Positions 34,789 to 48,033 of a stretch of 64,000 bases of DNA are shown piece by piece; the first letter of the stretch is position 1; each line of letters opens with the position of its first letter. This DNA is from a virus. A program made the translations under genes and the position numbers. Under the pieces are notes generated by a model. It saw only the letters and a program-made list of their open reading frames with translations, did not search any database and had not been told where the DNA came from. Location: positions 1 through 64,000 of the IMG/VR virus record IMGVR_UViG_3300044634_002252. One strand, written 5' to 3'.

Positions 34789-35826
34789 TTAATTATTATA
34801 CACTGAGTCGAGCTGGCTTGCAAGATCCCTAAGGGTCTTTGCTAGTTCAGATGCAGACGCTCTATCTAAAGTGTCGGTAGAAGCAGCATTGGCACGAACC
34901 TTTTGAATCAAAGATGCCAAACTGTCTAGCGATCCCAGCAAAAGCTGTCTTGAAGATACAGTGGATGTTGTTGCTGGTGTTTCAGCTACCACTCCTACAA
35001 CCTTAGAAACTGTAGGTTCTGGAGCTTTTGCCTTAACTGTAGGAACTGAGGCTACTGCAGCAGTCACCGTTGCTACTGATGTTGTAAAGCCAACCATAAA
35101 TGGATTAGGGCCTGTAGTGGTAATTGGAAAAGAGTCGTGCAACCCCTGAACGGCAGTCCTAATAGACTTTAAACTCTTACTAGTATATGCATTGCCAGAT
35201 AGCACTAGGTCAGATCGCTGAGTGCTGCCTGCAAACTGAGTAGAACCAACTGCAACAGAGTCTGAAATACATGCTGGATAGTCAATGTTGTTTCCGCTTC
35301 CATAGTTTCCAGATGAGGCATAAAAATCAATCTTGGATGCCTTGAGTACGGCGATTGCATTAACAACATTGTTATGAGTTGTCAAAATATTTACACCTGG
35401 AGATGCTGGCGTACAGCTTGAGCCTTTTCCAGCATTGTAAGAAAATGACACTGCTTTAATATTATACTTAGCTGAATTAGCAATTACCCAATTAAGAGCA
35501 TTGGATAACTGAATTCCAGTAATTACACCAGTCTTGTCTGTTCCTGCCTCAATTAAAACTAAGGGAATATTTGCGTTATTTGATCTAGCAACATCTGCCA
35601 TGATTGTGCCATGATTAAATGCCTTAAACTGTGAAGTGTTTCTTGGAGTTGGAGCTGAGCTACACACCGAAGGTGCAGCCAAACAAATCTCTGTTACCTC
35701 TCCACTAATTAAAGTAGATTCAAAATTTACATCAATAATTGCAACGGCCCCAGTTGTTTCTGCCTGAGCTGGAACAATTCCAACAAGTGCAAGGATTGTG
35801 ACAAATGCAATAGCTAGTTTCTTCAT
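34789..35826 (-). CDS. secreted subtilase (S8)-like protein
   Basis: Signal peptide, VAIID, HGTIM, ASSGN, YPAC, TTSVA (GTS variant). Confidence 0.75.
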   Translation of the reverse strand: MKKLAIAFVTILALVGIVPAQAETTGAVAIIDVNFESTLISGEVTEICLAAPSVCSSAPTPRNTSQFKAFNHGTIMADVARSNNANIPLVLIEAGTDKTGVITGIQLSNALNWVIANSAKYNIKAVSFSYNAGKGSSCTPASPGVNILTTHNNVVNAIAVLKASKIDFYASSGNYGSGNNIDYPACISDSVAVGSTQFAGSTQRSDLVLSGNAYTSKSLKSIRTAVQGLHDSFPITTTGPNPFMVGFTTSVATVTAAVASVPTVKAKAPEPTVSKVVGVVAETPATTSTVSSRQLLLGSLDSLASLIQKVRANAASTDTLDRASASELAKTLRDLASQLDSVYNN

Positions 35827-35839
35827 ATTATTTTTCTTT

Positions 35840-36058
35840 CTATTGACTGATTAATTTAATTACTGGGGCACACGGGTCTCCGCCGTCTTCCCATTCTTTT
35901 TCTTCTTCTTCTGTCATGTACGGATCTCCGTCATGAGTATAGCAGAATGGCTCAGTTACCCAACCATTGCTAATGCCAATCATAAGCCATTCATCAAAGT
36001 CAGGCAAAGATGGCTCATTGTCTATAATGTTTTTCATAGAAAAACCCCTTTGAGTCAT
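35840..36058 (-). CDS. hypothetical protein (FCYTHDG...GGDPC)
   Basis: TTGACA-N17-TATAAT-N6-ATG. Confidence 0.7.
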   Translation of the reverse strand: MTQRGFSMKNIIDNEPSLPDFDEWLMIGISNGWVTEPFCYTHDGDPYMTEEEEKEWEDGGDPCAPVIKLISQ

Positions 36059-36097
36059 ATATATATTATATACAATCCAAAGGGGCTTGTCAACTAA

Positions 36098-36364
36098 TTA
36101 CTTAGCGTTTTTATCTACCTTGGAAAAGGCCTGGTTGATCTCTTCTAGGGTTAACTTTCCATCATCCAAGAATGCTCTAGCTAGTCTTTCAACTACTGAT
36201 GCTACTCCAAGAATACCTGCCATAAGTACGGCAGAAATCATGTCAACGCCTACAACTGCTCCTGCACCCAGAACGGTAAGTCCTGATGCTGCGAATACAG
36301 CTAAGATTCTCCAGAATACATTCTTGATGGTTGCCCATCCTCCTGCTACTCCTTGTTCTTCCAT
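36098..36364 (-). CDS. small membrane protein
   Basis: Two TM, DDGKLTLEEINQAF; RBS AGGAGG. Confidence 0.7.
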   Translation of the reverse strand: MEEQGVAGGWATIKNVFWRILAVFAASGLTVLGAGAVVGVDMISAVLMAGILGVASVVERLARAFLDDGKLTLEEINQAFSKVDKNAK

Positions 36365-36378
36365 GTTATCCTCCTATT

Positions 36379-36564
36379 TTATTTATCTTCTTTTTCATAA
36401 CGAAAAATCGGAAATGTTACTATCCATACTAATAGTGTTATTAGTATTAGGTTTCCTGTAAGTTCCTTGGCGGAACCCTCAAGAACAAGCCAAGCGATAA
36501 CCATTCCAAGCAATGTCCATGCTTGCTCTAGAATATCCTTAGCTAATGCTGTTAAGAATTTCAT
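36379..36564 (-). CDS. small membrane protein
   Basis: QAWTLLGM..AW.VLEGSA. Confidence 0.65.
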   Translation of the reverse strand: MKFLTALAKDILEQAWTLLGMVIAWLVLEGSAKELTGNLILITLLVWIVTFPIFRYEKEDK

Positions 36565-36565
36565 C

Positions 36566-38545
36566 TTAAGATCCACTCCTTATGTTTACTGTTGTTGCAA
36601 TACCGCTTATTGAAACTGCGGATAGGGCTGCTTGCACTCCAACGATTGCTGCGACCACTACCTTTTCTGATTGCTCTCTAATCTGGGGACTCATATCTGC
36701 CCCAGCATTTCCCAAAAAGTTAACAAGTTCTGTAGCTCCCCCAAGAACGTCTCCAAGGAGCGGGATAGCTGCTAGCGACTCATCTAGAACTATGTCATCC
36801 TGTTGAGCGGCCACAAACAGGGCCTCCAAGGCCTGCTGGTACTCCTCTGAGCCCTGCTCAGCAGTTTCAAAGGTTTCTATGGCTGCGGCCACTAAAGCCT
36901 CTGCCTGAGCCTCTGAAAGCTCTGTAGGGTCTATTTGAGCTAGGTCTACCTGCATCAATTCTTCAGCAGAAAGCTCCTCTGGTAATTCTTCCGCAGATGT
37001 GATAGACTCTTCTTCTGGTTCTATAATAGGAGGTTCAATTGGTTCAGGTTCAATTGGAGAGGGTTCTACAGGTTCTGTGGTTGGCTCTTCTGGTTGCTCT
37101 AATTCCTCTGGCTCTGGTGTGGGCAGTACTTCTGGCTCTGGCTCCAGTGACGGTTCTGGTTCTGGGATTACTGGTATGGAGGGCTGTGGCTCTGGTACAA
37201 CGGGCACGACTGGGGATGGCTCGGGAAGAGTCTCAATTGGAATATCTTCATAAGTAATAAGAAGAATCAATACCTTTACAGTCCCCCCTGCTGGATCATT
37301 CTGAAAAGTGTCGTTTGATACTTCTACTGTTGCTGAGGTTTCTCCAGCCAGTAGTTCAAACAAAATAGAAGAGACGTCTTGTCCACGAGTGGAGTTATTG
37401 GGGTCTCCGTAATAACCAACTGCGCTCGCAATCCTTTGACCTTCTGGCGCAACTATCTCGACGAATGATCCTTCATTTGTAACTGTTGCACCATTTGGAA
37501 CTGTAGGTGCAGGAGGTGGAGGAGACGCCACTACTGTCGAAGCAGTTGCGGAGAATGAAGAGTAGACGGCAGCTGTGTCGTTGTCAGAACGAATTCTGAA
37601 TTGGTAAGTCTGATCTAATCCACCTGTAGTTGCAAATGAATCTCTAGGTATGGTGATGCTGTTTGTGGTTGAAGCAATTCCCCATCCTGTATCAAAGTTG
37701 TTTGTAGACCAACTAATTGCATAACGCTCTACGGCAGTGTTGCTTTGCACTGGAACATCCCAAGTAAGTTGAACTGAGCCATCTGAAAGCTGCGTAGCTG
37801 TAACGTTTGTTGGTGCGTTAAGTACTAGAGGTTCTGGGGTTGGGGTAGGTTCTGGTGTTGGTTCTGGGGTGGGGGGAGTGAACGGTGCCTCTTCTGTTGG
37901 CTCTGGAGCTAGCTCTGGAGTCTCTTCTGTTTCTTGGATTCCGTAAGTCTCGAAGTCAACAACTGAGCCATCGTTTAGACGAACTCCAGTTCGTGGGTTG
38001 TTCTGTGGGTACTCTGGGCCACTGAGGGTATAAGCCATAGCAACTGTTCCATCTGAGAGGATAGCTGCAGTAATTACGATATGAGTTGGTTCTGCTGTGC
38101 CTTGTAGCCAAATAGGTCTAGCTGAAATATCTACCTGGAATCCACCATCTGATGAACGAATGATTAAATGTTCGTCAGATCTCCACTGTGGGTAGACAAC
38201 CCAGTCGAAAGAGTATAGTGAGATAGACGGTGTGGTTGGGTATGTCCAGTAAGTTCCATCTGGCTGACCAAAGGTAATTACTGAGTTAGTGGTGGCATAA
38301 ATATTGCTGTAAGTTACTCCGTCAAAAGTTACGGTAGTTGTCAATGGGATCTGGTAAGAGACGTCATCTCCACCGCAGGTGGCTATTTCAGTGACTACTG
38401 GCTCAGTTGAGCCGTTTTGCTGAGCGGCTGCTACGGCAGCAACCTGTCCAGGATTGACACAGTTAGCGTGTGCAAAGCTAGAGCCCATAAAGGATGGGAA
38501 AAAAGCTAAAGACAATGCTATAAAGATTTTAAGTGGGGTTTTTAT
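36566..38545 (-). CDS. exported multidomain surface protein (FN3-like, lectin-like, Pro/Glu-rich, C-terminal anchor)
   Basis: APTNVTA..LTW..YQFRIRS; YYGDP..NDTF..DPAGGTVKVL; PEP repeats; start ATA 38545 (inferred) or TTG 38515. Confidence 0.75.
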   Translation of the reverse strand: MKTPLKIFIALSLAFFPSFMGSSFAHANCVNPGQVAAVAAAQQNGSTEPVVTEIATCGGDDVSYQIPLTTTVTFDGVTYSNIYATTNSVITFGQPDGTYWTYPTTPSISLYSFDWVVYPQWRSDEHLIIRSSDGGFQVDISARPIWLQGTAEPTHIVITAAILSDGTVAMAYTLSGPEYPQNNPRTGVRLNDGSVVDFETYGIQETEETPELAPEPTEEAPFTPPTPEPTPEPTPTPEPLVLNAPTNVTATQLSDGSVQLTWDVPVQSNTAVERYAISWSTNNFDTGWGIASTTNSITIPRDSFATTGGLDQTYQFRIRSDNDTAAVYSSFSATASTVVASPPPPAPTVPNGATVTNEGSFVEIVAPEGQRIASAVGYYGDPNNSTRGQDVSSILFELLAGETSATVEVSNDTFQNDPAGGTVKVLILLITYEDIPIETLPEPSPVVPVVPEPQPSIPVIPEPEPSLEPEPEVLPTPEPEELEQPEEPTTEPVEPSPIEPEPIEPPIIEPEEESITSAEELPEELSAEELMQVDLAQIDPTELSEAQAEALVAAAIETFETAEQGSEEYQQALEALFVAAQQDDIVLDESLAAIPLLGDVLGGATELVNFLGNAGADMSPQIREQSEKVVVAAIVGVQAALSAVSISGIATTVNIRSGS

Positions 38546-38607
38546 TTGTTTCTCCTTGTTAGTGGGGTAAGACTAACAAGATAAGTATACCATTTTATTT
38601 AGATATA

Positions 38608-41661
<3,054 letters not shown>

Positions 41662-41675
<14 letters not shown>

Positions 41676-42081
41676 ATAGAATCCTCATCCTTTGTTTTAC
41701 TTTGTCTACGTCTTCGGGTGTGCCGAATATTTCTATCCTGGCAACAATTGGTACTCCAGTTTTTTTAGAGATTAGTTCTGCAGCTTTGCAAAAATGTTCT
41801 CCAAAGTTTGTATTCCCAAATCCGACTACTCCTCTAAGGAGGTCTCTATTTTGGGGTACATTTAAAAATTGTCTGACTTGTCTGGGAATCGCACTACGTT
41901 CGGATCCTCCACCGTAAGTCGGTACAAAGAGTATATAAGGAGCACTGGAAATAAAAGGAGCATTCCCAATCCCAGAACTAATAGGAATCCTAGCAATATT
42001 AAAGCTTCCATCATCTACCTTATTTACAAATCTTTTTGTATTCTCAGAGTAGTTTGAGAAATACACAATGTTTATGGACAT
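41662..42081 (-). CDS. nrdI: NrdI flavodoxin
   Basis: [25 protein letters not shown]. Confidence 0.95.
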
Positions 42082-42119
42082 TAATTATACCTCTCTTTTT
42101 TTACTTGGGGATAAACAAA

Positions 42120-42143
42120 GGGAAGGGCAAAATAGCCCTTCCC
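42120..42143 (-). terminator. intrinsic terminator
   Basis: GGGAAGGGC/GCCCTTCCC then TTTGTTT on minus strand. Confidence 0.7.
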
Positions 42144-42162
42144 CAAGTCTATCTTGTTTCAA

Positions 42163-43047
42163 TTACTTAATTAGCTTAACTCGCTTGTTCTTTTTTACCA
42201 GCTTGTTGTACTTGGTAGCTAGCTTGTTAAAGTCGCTCTTTAGCTTTGCATTCTCTGCATTCAAAAGAGCTACCTGAGTAACTAGATCTGCAGTTGCAAT
42301 AGAGAAAGAAGTTTCTGTTACTGCCTTTGGCAAACCAGTCACATCTGTAGCAGAAATGTTTGCAATACCAGCAACTGTACCAGCAGTAGCAGGAGTGGTA
42401 ATTACACCCTTGTATAGCTTGGCGGTTGAGCTCCAGGTTAGTGCTGTCTTAACAGTTCCACGAAGAAGTGTTGTTGTAATTGTTGCATTTTCAACTGCGT
42501 TACCAAAAACGTCAGTAGCGGTTGCTGTAAAGTCCACATCGGAGCCGAGGCCAGCAACAGTTGGAACTGAAACTGACAGGTTGTATGCAGAGCCAGCAAG
42601 ACCCTTTAGGTAATAGGTGGAAGATGATCCACCAGCTGTAACAACTACTGAGCCAGTAGTAGTCTTAGTTGTAAACGCATAGAATGTAGCGGTAGTTCCT
42701 GAACCAGTGTTAATCTCAACACTAGAAGTTCCTGCCGAAGCTGAAACCTCAGCACCCACTGCATCCAAAGCTGTTACTAGCTTTGCATCGGTTGCTGTTG
42801 CACGAACAACTGTACCAGTTGGCACTGTAACAACAAACTTAACAGTGTCAGCAAGGTCGACCTTGTTGTCTGATGGAACTGTTGGTGTTGCTGGAGTTGT
42901 TGATACCTTAGATGTAGTTGCTACGTCTGTTGCACCTACGGTTACTGCTGCATTTACTGTTGCGTTAGCTGGAACTGCCAGAATAGCAGTTGCAACTAGA
43001 GCTACTGCTGAAGCAATAGCAATTAGTGGCTTCTTTAATGAAGTCAT
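42163..43047 (-). CDS. secreted Thr/Ala/Val-rich Ig-like surface protein
   Basis: Signal peptide (PANA), ATDVFGNAV, basic coiled-coil C-terminus. Confidence 0.75.
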   Translation of the reverse strand: MTSLKKPLIAIASAVALVATAILAVPANATVNAAVTVGATDVATTSKVSTTPATPTVPSDNKVDLADTVKFVVTVPTGTVVRATATDAKLVTALDAVGAEVSASAGTSSVEINTGSGTTATFYAFTTKTTTGSVVVTAGGSSSTYYLKGLAGSAYNLSVSVPTVAGLGSDVDFTATATDVFGNAVENATITTTLLRGTVKTALTWSSTAKLYKGVITTPATAGTVAGIANISATDVTGLPKAVTETSFSIATADLVTQVALLNAENAKLKSDFNKLATKYNKLVKKNKRVKLIK

Positions 43048-43061
43048 GTTTGTTCTCCTTA

Positions 43062-44837
43062 TTATAATAAATTGAATCTATCCAAATACTCTTTAACATC
43101 GTTTGGCATAGGCTTATATTTTATCACATCTGGCCTGTCTTTGTCAAGATCTGATTTTGACCTATCACTAAAAGTATGAATCTCTACTTCAAGGTTTTGG
43201 TCTTTTGGAGTATGGGACAGGGCACCAAAGATAGCCCCACAAACGGCGTCTGCAAGGTCTTTAGAAGACTTTCTTGGGTGGTCAACTCTATTATTTTTCA
43301 TAATCTTTAACTCGGTAAGCTCTTCAAACAAAAGCTCAATAGCTGGCATTGCAAGTCTTTCTTCATACATTAGCATTGCCATGTCTTCGTAATGCTTTTT
43401 AGCTACCGAAACAGTCTCTGTTCTCATACCCACAGACTTAAGTTCATTCTGGATATCAAAGGACTGCCAGCGGTCAAATGATACCATTCCGATATCAAAC
43501 CCTTGTCTACGCAAATTCTGGATCCACTGTTTAACCTCAGACAAGTTCACTGGGCCCTCTACCTTTGGCTCCCAGTAAACAACAGCATCAACAATTACCA
43601 TGGGAACCACCTGCTCGTAATCTTTCATAACCTGAACAGATACCCACTTTTCTACGTGAGCAATCGCTACCGCACACTTGTCATGCTTTTGTGCAAGGTC
43701 AGCATGAACAAAATATTTTTTATTTGGATCTGGCTTAAAGGTTTCGTCAAATCTTTTTGCAGAATCAATGGGGTTTCTTATTGTCATGCAGGCACGAACT
43801 TTTTCCTGCTGTTTAAAGAATGCATCTGAAGCGAAGGTTGGAACACAGGCAAAGCGTTGCATGGCATCGCCTATGTCTGTATAAAATGCAAGCTTAAAAT
43901 CATCAATTTTTCTAGTAGGATTGACTTCCCATGTTGGCTTTTTTAGTGCAAACATTCCTGGATACTTGTAAGAAATTATGTTGTCTTCGTCCCAAGAAAT
44001 TTCCATAGAGTTTCCTGGAGAATCTTCTGGAAGATCTTCGTTCATGATGAACTTGTGGGTCTTAGAAACTACTTCCTTCTCCATAATAACATCATCATAT
44101 CTTTTAGAGATAAAGTCTCCTGGATATCTTGGAAATGATAGCAGTGCTACTTTTCCAAGGTCTGGGAATCGTGAATCTACAGATGCACGGAAAGCTTTAT
44201 ATATGTTGTCGGCTGTCTTCCCCTGGTCATTACCAGTACCAATCTCTTGAGCAAATCCTGAAATCTCGTCGAGTACTGCTAGGATAAGGTTGAGCCCTTC
44301 GTGAGACTCTCGCTCCGAATGTCCAGAGTAAACTGTAATGGCTTTGTCAAACTCAACGCTGTCTGCCTTTGCATAAAACTTTCCAGCAAACCATGGCGAC
44401 TTTTCTATCTTGCTTTTAAATCCTTTAAAGAAAACATTCTTAGCCTGTTGAGCGTTAATAGCAACGTTAATAATATCTATAGCATCTCCACTTGGCTTTC
44501 CAAAATACCTGGACGGATCTTTTAGACATAGAAGTTTATAAACAATATATGCACAGGCAACCGTAGATGTAAAGTCCTTTCCAGACCCTTTACCAAGCTG
44601 CAAGATTACTTCGTTCTTTGTATACTTCTTATAATAGCGGCGGCCCTCTTCTTCTCCCATAAGGTCGATTAGATCTTCTACCCTATAGATTTGACTCATG
44701 GCTTCAACGATATCGTACTGAACTTGAGAAAGTGGAGGCTGCTGAAGAAAGTCATCCCCTTCAACAAATGTCTTGGCGTCTACTGGCTTCTCTTCAAAGT
44801 TATCTGCTTTAAGAACTTCTAAGAACTCATCAAACAT
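43062..44837 (-). CDS. terL: terminase large subunit
   Basis: GKGSGKD Walker A, AVLDE Walker B, VHADLA and KDLADA nuclease motifs. Confidence 0.88.
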   Translation of the reverse strand: MFDEFLEVLKADNFEEKPVDAKTFVEGDDFLQQPPLSQVQYDIVEAMSQIYRVEDLIDLMGEEEGRRYYKKYTKNEVILQLGKGSGKDFTSTVACAYIVYKLLCLKDPSRYFGKPSGDAIDIINVAINAQQAKNVFFKGFKSKIEKSPWFAGKFYAKADSVEFDKAITVYSGHSERESHEGLNLILAVLDEISGFAQEIGTGNDQGKTADNIYKAFRASVDSRFPDLGKVALLSFPRYPGDFISKRYDDVIMEKEVVSKTHKFIMNEDLPEDSPGNSMEISWDEDNIISYKYPGMFALKKPTWEVNPTRKIDDFKLAFYTDIGDAMQRFACVPTFASDAFFKQQEKVRACMTIRNPIDSAKRFDETFKPDPNKKYFVHADLAQKHDKCAVAIAHVEKWVSVQVMKDYEQVVPMVIVDAVVYWEPKVEGPVNLSEVKQWIQNLRRQGFDIGMVSFDRWQSFDIQNELKSVGMRTETVSVAKKHYEDMAMLMYEERLAMPAIELLFEELTELKIMKNNRVDHPRKSSKDLADAVCGAIFGALSHTPKDQNLEVEIHTFSDRSKSDLDKDRPDVIKYKPMPNDVKEYLDRFNLL

Positions 44838-45366
44838 CTGTATGAACCACCGTTATAATTTCTTGTTTTCTAGATACATCTGAAAGCCTTCTCATAATCT
44901 TGTCTCTAATTTCTGGATGCTCAGACGCAATGTCCTTAAGTATCCCGACTAAAATCTCTTGCTTGTTTTCAATCTCTAGCATTTCTTCTGCTAGTTCTTT
45001 ATTTTCTAGAAGACCAGCCTTTTGTAGCATTTCAATTCTAGTTTTTTCAATATCCATAACTAATTTAATTGAAGCATTCTTTGCACCAAGATTTGCAGTA
45101 GTAGTAGCATCATCCATAACCTCATAGGCTTTTTGAATTAACTTGTTATAGTGAGCGTCTGCACCTGCCAGAGCTTCCCTGGCACGTCCTCGAATAGCCG
45201 CATTGTCTGCAGCCATAACTCTCCACTCATTTATATATGCAACAACCTTTTGTCTTGGCATATCTAATTCTTTAGAGATTTGGGTTGGCTCATTTCCAGC
45301 CAAGTATTTCTCGACTACCTTGTTTACTTCATCAAGGTGCTCTACGGTTAGGTCTTCAAATGACAC
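44830..45366 (-). CDS. putative terminase small subunit (HTH)
   Basis: N-terminal HTH, directly upstream of terL; GTG start inferred. Confidence 0.6.
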   Translation of the reverse strand: MSFEDLTVEHLDEVNKVVEKYLAGNEPTQISKELDMPRQKVVAYINEWRVMAADNAAIRGRAREALAGADAHYNKLIQKAYEVMDDATTTANLGAKNASIKLVMDIEKTRIEMLQKAGLLENKELAEEMLEIENKQEILVGILKDIASEHPEIRDKIMRRLSDVSRKQEIITVVHTDV

Positions 45367-45640
45367 GTTTGGCTCTCTTTCCTCTTTGTGGTATACGCTT
45401 AATACTATCAGACTTGAAGCTCCTGTATGCCCCAACTTGTCCACGCTGGACCTCAAAGCAGTCTATCCACTGAGCACCAGTATCAAGATTAGTTGTAAGG
45501 CTTTGGAACTTAAACTTGGACCCATGCTCGCCTTTAACCTTGACTAGGTCTCCTTTAGTAATTAAAAATCCATCAAGCATGATCTCTGGATTTTTCTCAA
45601 ACCTTGTGGGCTGCTCTGTTGTGGGGTTACGCCTTCTCAT
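45356..45640 (-). CDS. hypothetical SH3-like protein
   Basis: GDLVKVKGEHG.KFKF, WIDC, RSF. Confidence 0.65.
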   Translation of the reverse strand: MRRRNPTTEQPTRFEKNPEIMLDGFLITKGDLVKVKGEHGSKFKFQSLTTNLDTGAQWIDCFEVQRGQVGAYRSFKSDSIKRIPQRGKRAKRVI

Positions 45641-45899
45641 TGGCTCCTCTTTCTTTAGAAATTTTAAGAAGAATTAGATATCCGATCAAGTCATCGATGT
45701 CATTATCTCCTGGGTATTCGGTCCCCCTTGCAAACCTAGATAACTTATCGTCAATCCTGACTAGCAGCTGTTCCATGCCATTTGATTTAGAAAAAATTCT
45801 AACTGGATTTAGGGCTGAGTCTCCATATGCTAGATTTTTTTCCATTAGCATACGCTTAATCTCATCGCATATTCTGTTAATATCATTTATAGTATTCAT
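45627..45899 (-). CDS. nucleotide-modification-associated (Nmad1-like) helical protein
   Basis: KNLAYGDS, VRIDDKLSR, DLIGY. Confidence 0.7.
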   Translation of the reverse strand: MNTINDINRICDEIKRMLMEKNLAYGDSALNPVRIFSKSNGMEQLLVRIDDKLSRFARGTEYPGDNDIDDLIGYLILLKISKERGANEKA

Positions 45900-46051
45900 C
45901 TGCGGGATTTCCTTAATCCGAACTTAGCAAGATAAACGTAGACTGTTTCTACGCTCGTCCCGCATTCTTTTGCAATTTCTTCTGGGCTTTTCTTGTCTAG
46001 CCAGTAGCGTTTCTTTAGCCATGCTTCATTAGTGTATAGTTTAGCAGCCAT
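45896..46051 (-). CDS. small HTH protein (not in ORF track)
   Basis: WLKKRY..SPEEIAKECGTSVETVYVYL.KFGL. Confidence 0.7.
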   Translation of the reverse strand: MAAKLYTNEAWLKKRYWLDKKSPEEIAKECGTSVETVYVYLAKFGLRKSRR

Positions 46052-46062
46052 GATCTTTTCTG

Positions 46063-46638
46063 TCAATCCCCCAGCTTGTCCCAGTTTCGCAATGCGTAAT
46101 GACCAATTCCAATTGCATCTGCAATATCATTGTCGGTAATTTCTAAATCATAATTAATATTAATAAAGTTTATAGTCTTTTGCTTTCTTGCCTCACGTTC
46201 GTGTTGCTTATACCAAGACTCTGATCTTTCTGGATTTTCTTTTCTCATTAAAAGTTTTGCATCTTTTGTGACTTTGCCATTTCCAATATATGTTTGCCAG
46301 GCTATAGGGTTTGTCCCCTTAAAAATTTTGATTCCTGCCAATGAGGCTCCAGCTAAGATTGCACCCTGTACCATAGAAAGTTCGGACATTGTTTTTGGAC
46401 TATTTATAAAGATTGCTCTTTCTATAACTAGTGCTTCTGGAGCAATGTCTTTTATAACATCTACAACGGATCCTATTGCACTAGATATCTTTTGGTAAAC
46501 GTTTTTCCCTAAAAACTCAACTTTACCATTAAGAATAAGTTTTTTATCTTCGAAGACTGCGTAAGCTATGCTTGTTGTGCTAGCATCAACTGTAATAATT
46601 TTATTTGGAATAATAGAGAACTTAGTCAAATTTACCAT
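46063..46638 (-). CDS. RuvC-like resolvase
   Basis: VDASTTS, VIE, DIADAIGI. Confidence 0.8.
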   Translation of the reverse strand: MVNLTKFSIIPNKIITVDASTTSIAYAVFEDKKLILNGKVEFLGKNVYQKISSAIGSVVDVIKDIAPEALVIERAIFINSPKTMSELSMVQGAILAGASLAGIKIFKGTNPIAWQTYIGNGKVTKDAKLLMRKENPERSESWYKQHEREARKQKTINFININYDLEITDNDIADAIGIGHYALRNWDKLGD

Positions 46639-46915
46639 CAGAAAGACCTTTTATTTCTTTTATGGCTTTTTTAACGTCTAGCGGATTGACAAGGCACTTA
46701 ACGCACAGAGGATCATCATTGTAAACTGACAACGAAGCATTACAGCTTTTACAAAGTCTTTCCTTGCCTACCCTTTTAGCTCTTCTATTTTGAGCATACT
46801 TCTGGGCCATCTTCTCTTTGGTTGCAGCTTCTCTGCATTCTGAAGAACAGTATATTTGATAAGAAATCTCTGTCTGAAATACAGAGTCACACCAGCTACA
46901 ATGCTTGTTTGTCAT
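46622..46915 (-). CDS. zinc-finger protein
   Basis: CSWC, YCSSEC, CKSC, CVKC. Confidence 0.7.
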   Translation of the reverse strand: MTNKHCSWCDSVFQTEISYQIYCSSECREAATKEKMAQKYAQNRRAKRVGKERLCKSCNASLSVYNDDPLCVKCLVNPLDVKKAIKEIKGLSDGKFD

Positions 46916-47693
46916 CCAGAGGCTCCAAGGAATTAATCTTTATTAGTCCCTTGCCAGCTTCTGCGCATGCCATTTGTATTGGACATGTCTTGCAAATTTT
47001 AGAATTAGATCGATAGTTTTTTTCTGGAAGAGTTTTAGTCTCCCATGCACTACGCACGGTCTTCATCCAATCGAACGCCTGGTTTACCCACCTGACATAA
47101 TAATCATTAATCTCTACTGGGATTACCAGAAGGTCATGATTATTTTTGTTTTCATAAATCAAGACGGCCTTTGTCTTGTTTAAGATCTTCATATAGATAA
47201 GCAGCTGAATGAGGTGACCTAGCTTAGCCTTACCGCTTGCTTTTCTGTACTCAAAGCCTTCGGCTGGCATTGTCTTGATTTCTCCAAGAAGGTCCTCGCC
47301 TGCCCAATCTAAAATAACATCCCCAAAACCAAAAATTGGAGGATCGCTATAAGTAACTTTAAATTCTGAATCCTTTAAGATTCCAGCGTCAGCCATAGCT
47401 TGCTGGATTCTTTCGTGTGACTTTGTTCCAGCAGTCATGTTAGCTCCGCCGTAAGCATCTGCATTATCTTCAAAGGTTGCACCCTCAAAGGCTAGGTACC
47501 AATACCTAGGGCACTCTCCATGGGAGTATGCTATTGTGCTTGGAGCAAATGACTTTTTCTGTGTAAACTTTGGCAGCCGCTTAGAAATGTAGCCATAGTT
47601 AATCTTTTCAATAAGCTCCTTAGTGTCAAGAAATGACGGGCCAGAGTTTTGTACATTTTTTAGCATTACCTGCTGTAATAAATTTTTAGCCAT
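46896..47693 (-). CDS. Cas4-like PD-(D/E)xK exonuclease
   Basis: CPR, D..EIKT, QL.IY, CKTCP...C. Confidence 0.8.
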   Translation of the reverse strand: MAKNLLQQVMLKNVQNSGPSFLDTKELIEKINYGYISKRLPKFTQKKSFAPSTIAYSHGECPRYWYLAFEGATFEDNADAYGGANMTAGTKSHERIQQAMADAGILKDSEFKVTYSDPPIFGFGDVILDWAGEDLLGEIKTMPAEGFEYRKASGKAKLGHLIQLLIYMKILNKTKAVLIYENKNNHDLLVIPVEINDYYVRWVNQAFDWMKTVRSAWETKTLPEKNYRSNSKICKTCPIQMACAEAGKGLIKINSLEPLDDKQAL

Positions 47694-47699
47694 AGCTAA

Positions 47700-48011
47700 T
47701 TAACGAATGATATATTTAAGCGCAGCAACTAAACTATTAATTGATTCTGCTGCAGTATAATAAATATTCTTTTTCGCTCTATCTCCTTTTTCTACGTTTG
47801 TCAACCAGGTTGCACGAAATGCCATTTTAGCTGCAATTGCCTGTAGACGAACGATTTCTAGTGTTACCACACTCATTGGGATGTCTGGTTTTAATATAAC
47901 TTTTGAAATAAAAACTAGAGCAGAAGTAAGCTCTTCGTCATTCATATAATCTGCCACTTCAGACAGCCCATTAATCATATCTATTGTTGAAACGTTATTT
48001 TCCATAATCAC
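47700..48011 (-). CDS. hypothetical phage protein
   Basis: ORF; TAGAAT -10 upstream. Confidence 0.7.
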   Translation of the reverse strand: MIMENNVSTIDMINGLSEVADYMNDEELTSALVFISKVILKPDIPMSVVTLEIVRLQAIAAKMAFRATWLTNVEKGDRAKKNIYYTAAESINSLVAALKYIIR

Positions 48012-48033
48012 TCTATTCTAGCATACCCTGCCA

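Noticed and set aside
37010-37920. GGTTCT/GGCTCT short repeats as a DNA array
   Set aside because: They encode Pro-Glu/Pro-Thr linkers; the + strand Ser/Gly-rich ORFs are shadows
42103-42148. Attenuator switch upstream of nrdI (ACTTGGGGA/TCCCCAAGT versus terminator stem)
   Set aside because: The pairings are largely nested and compatible; no sensor element evident
46896-47693. Cas4-like gene as a CRISPR system
   Set aside because: No repeat-spacer array or other cas genes seen; solo Cas4-like nucleases are usual in phage replication modules
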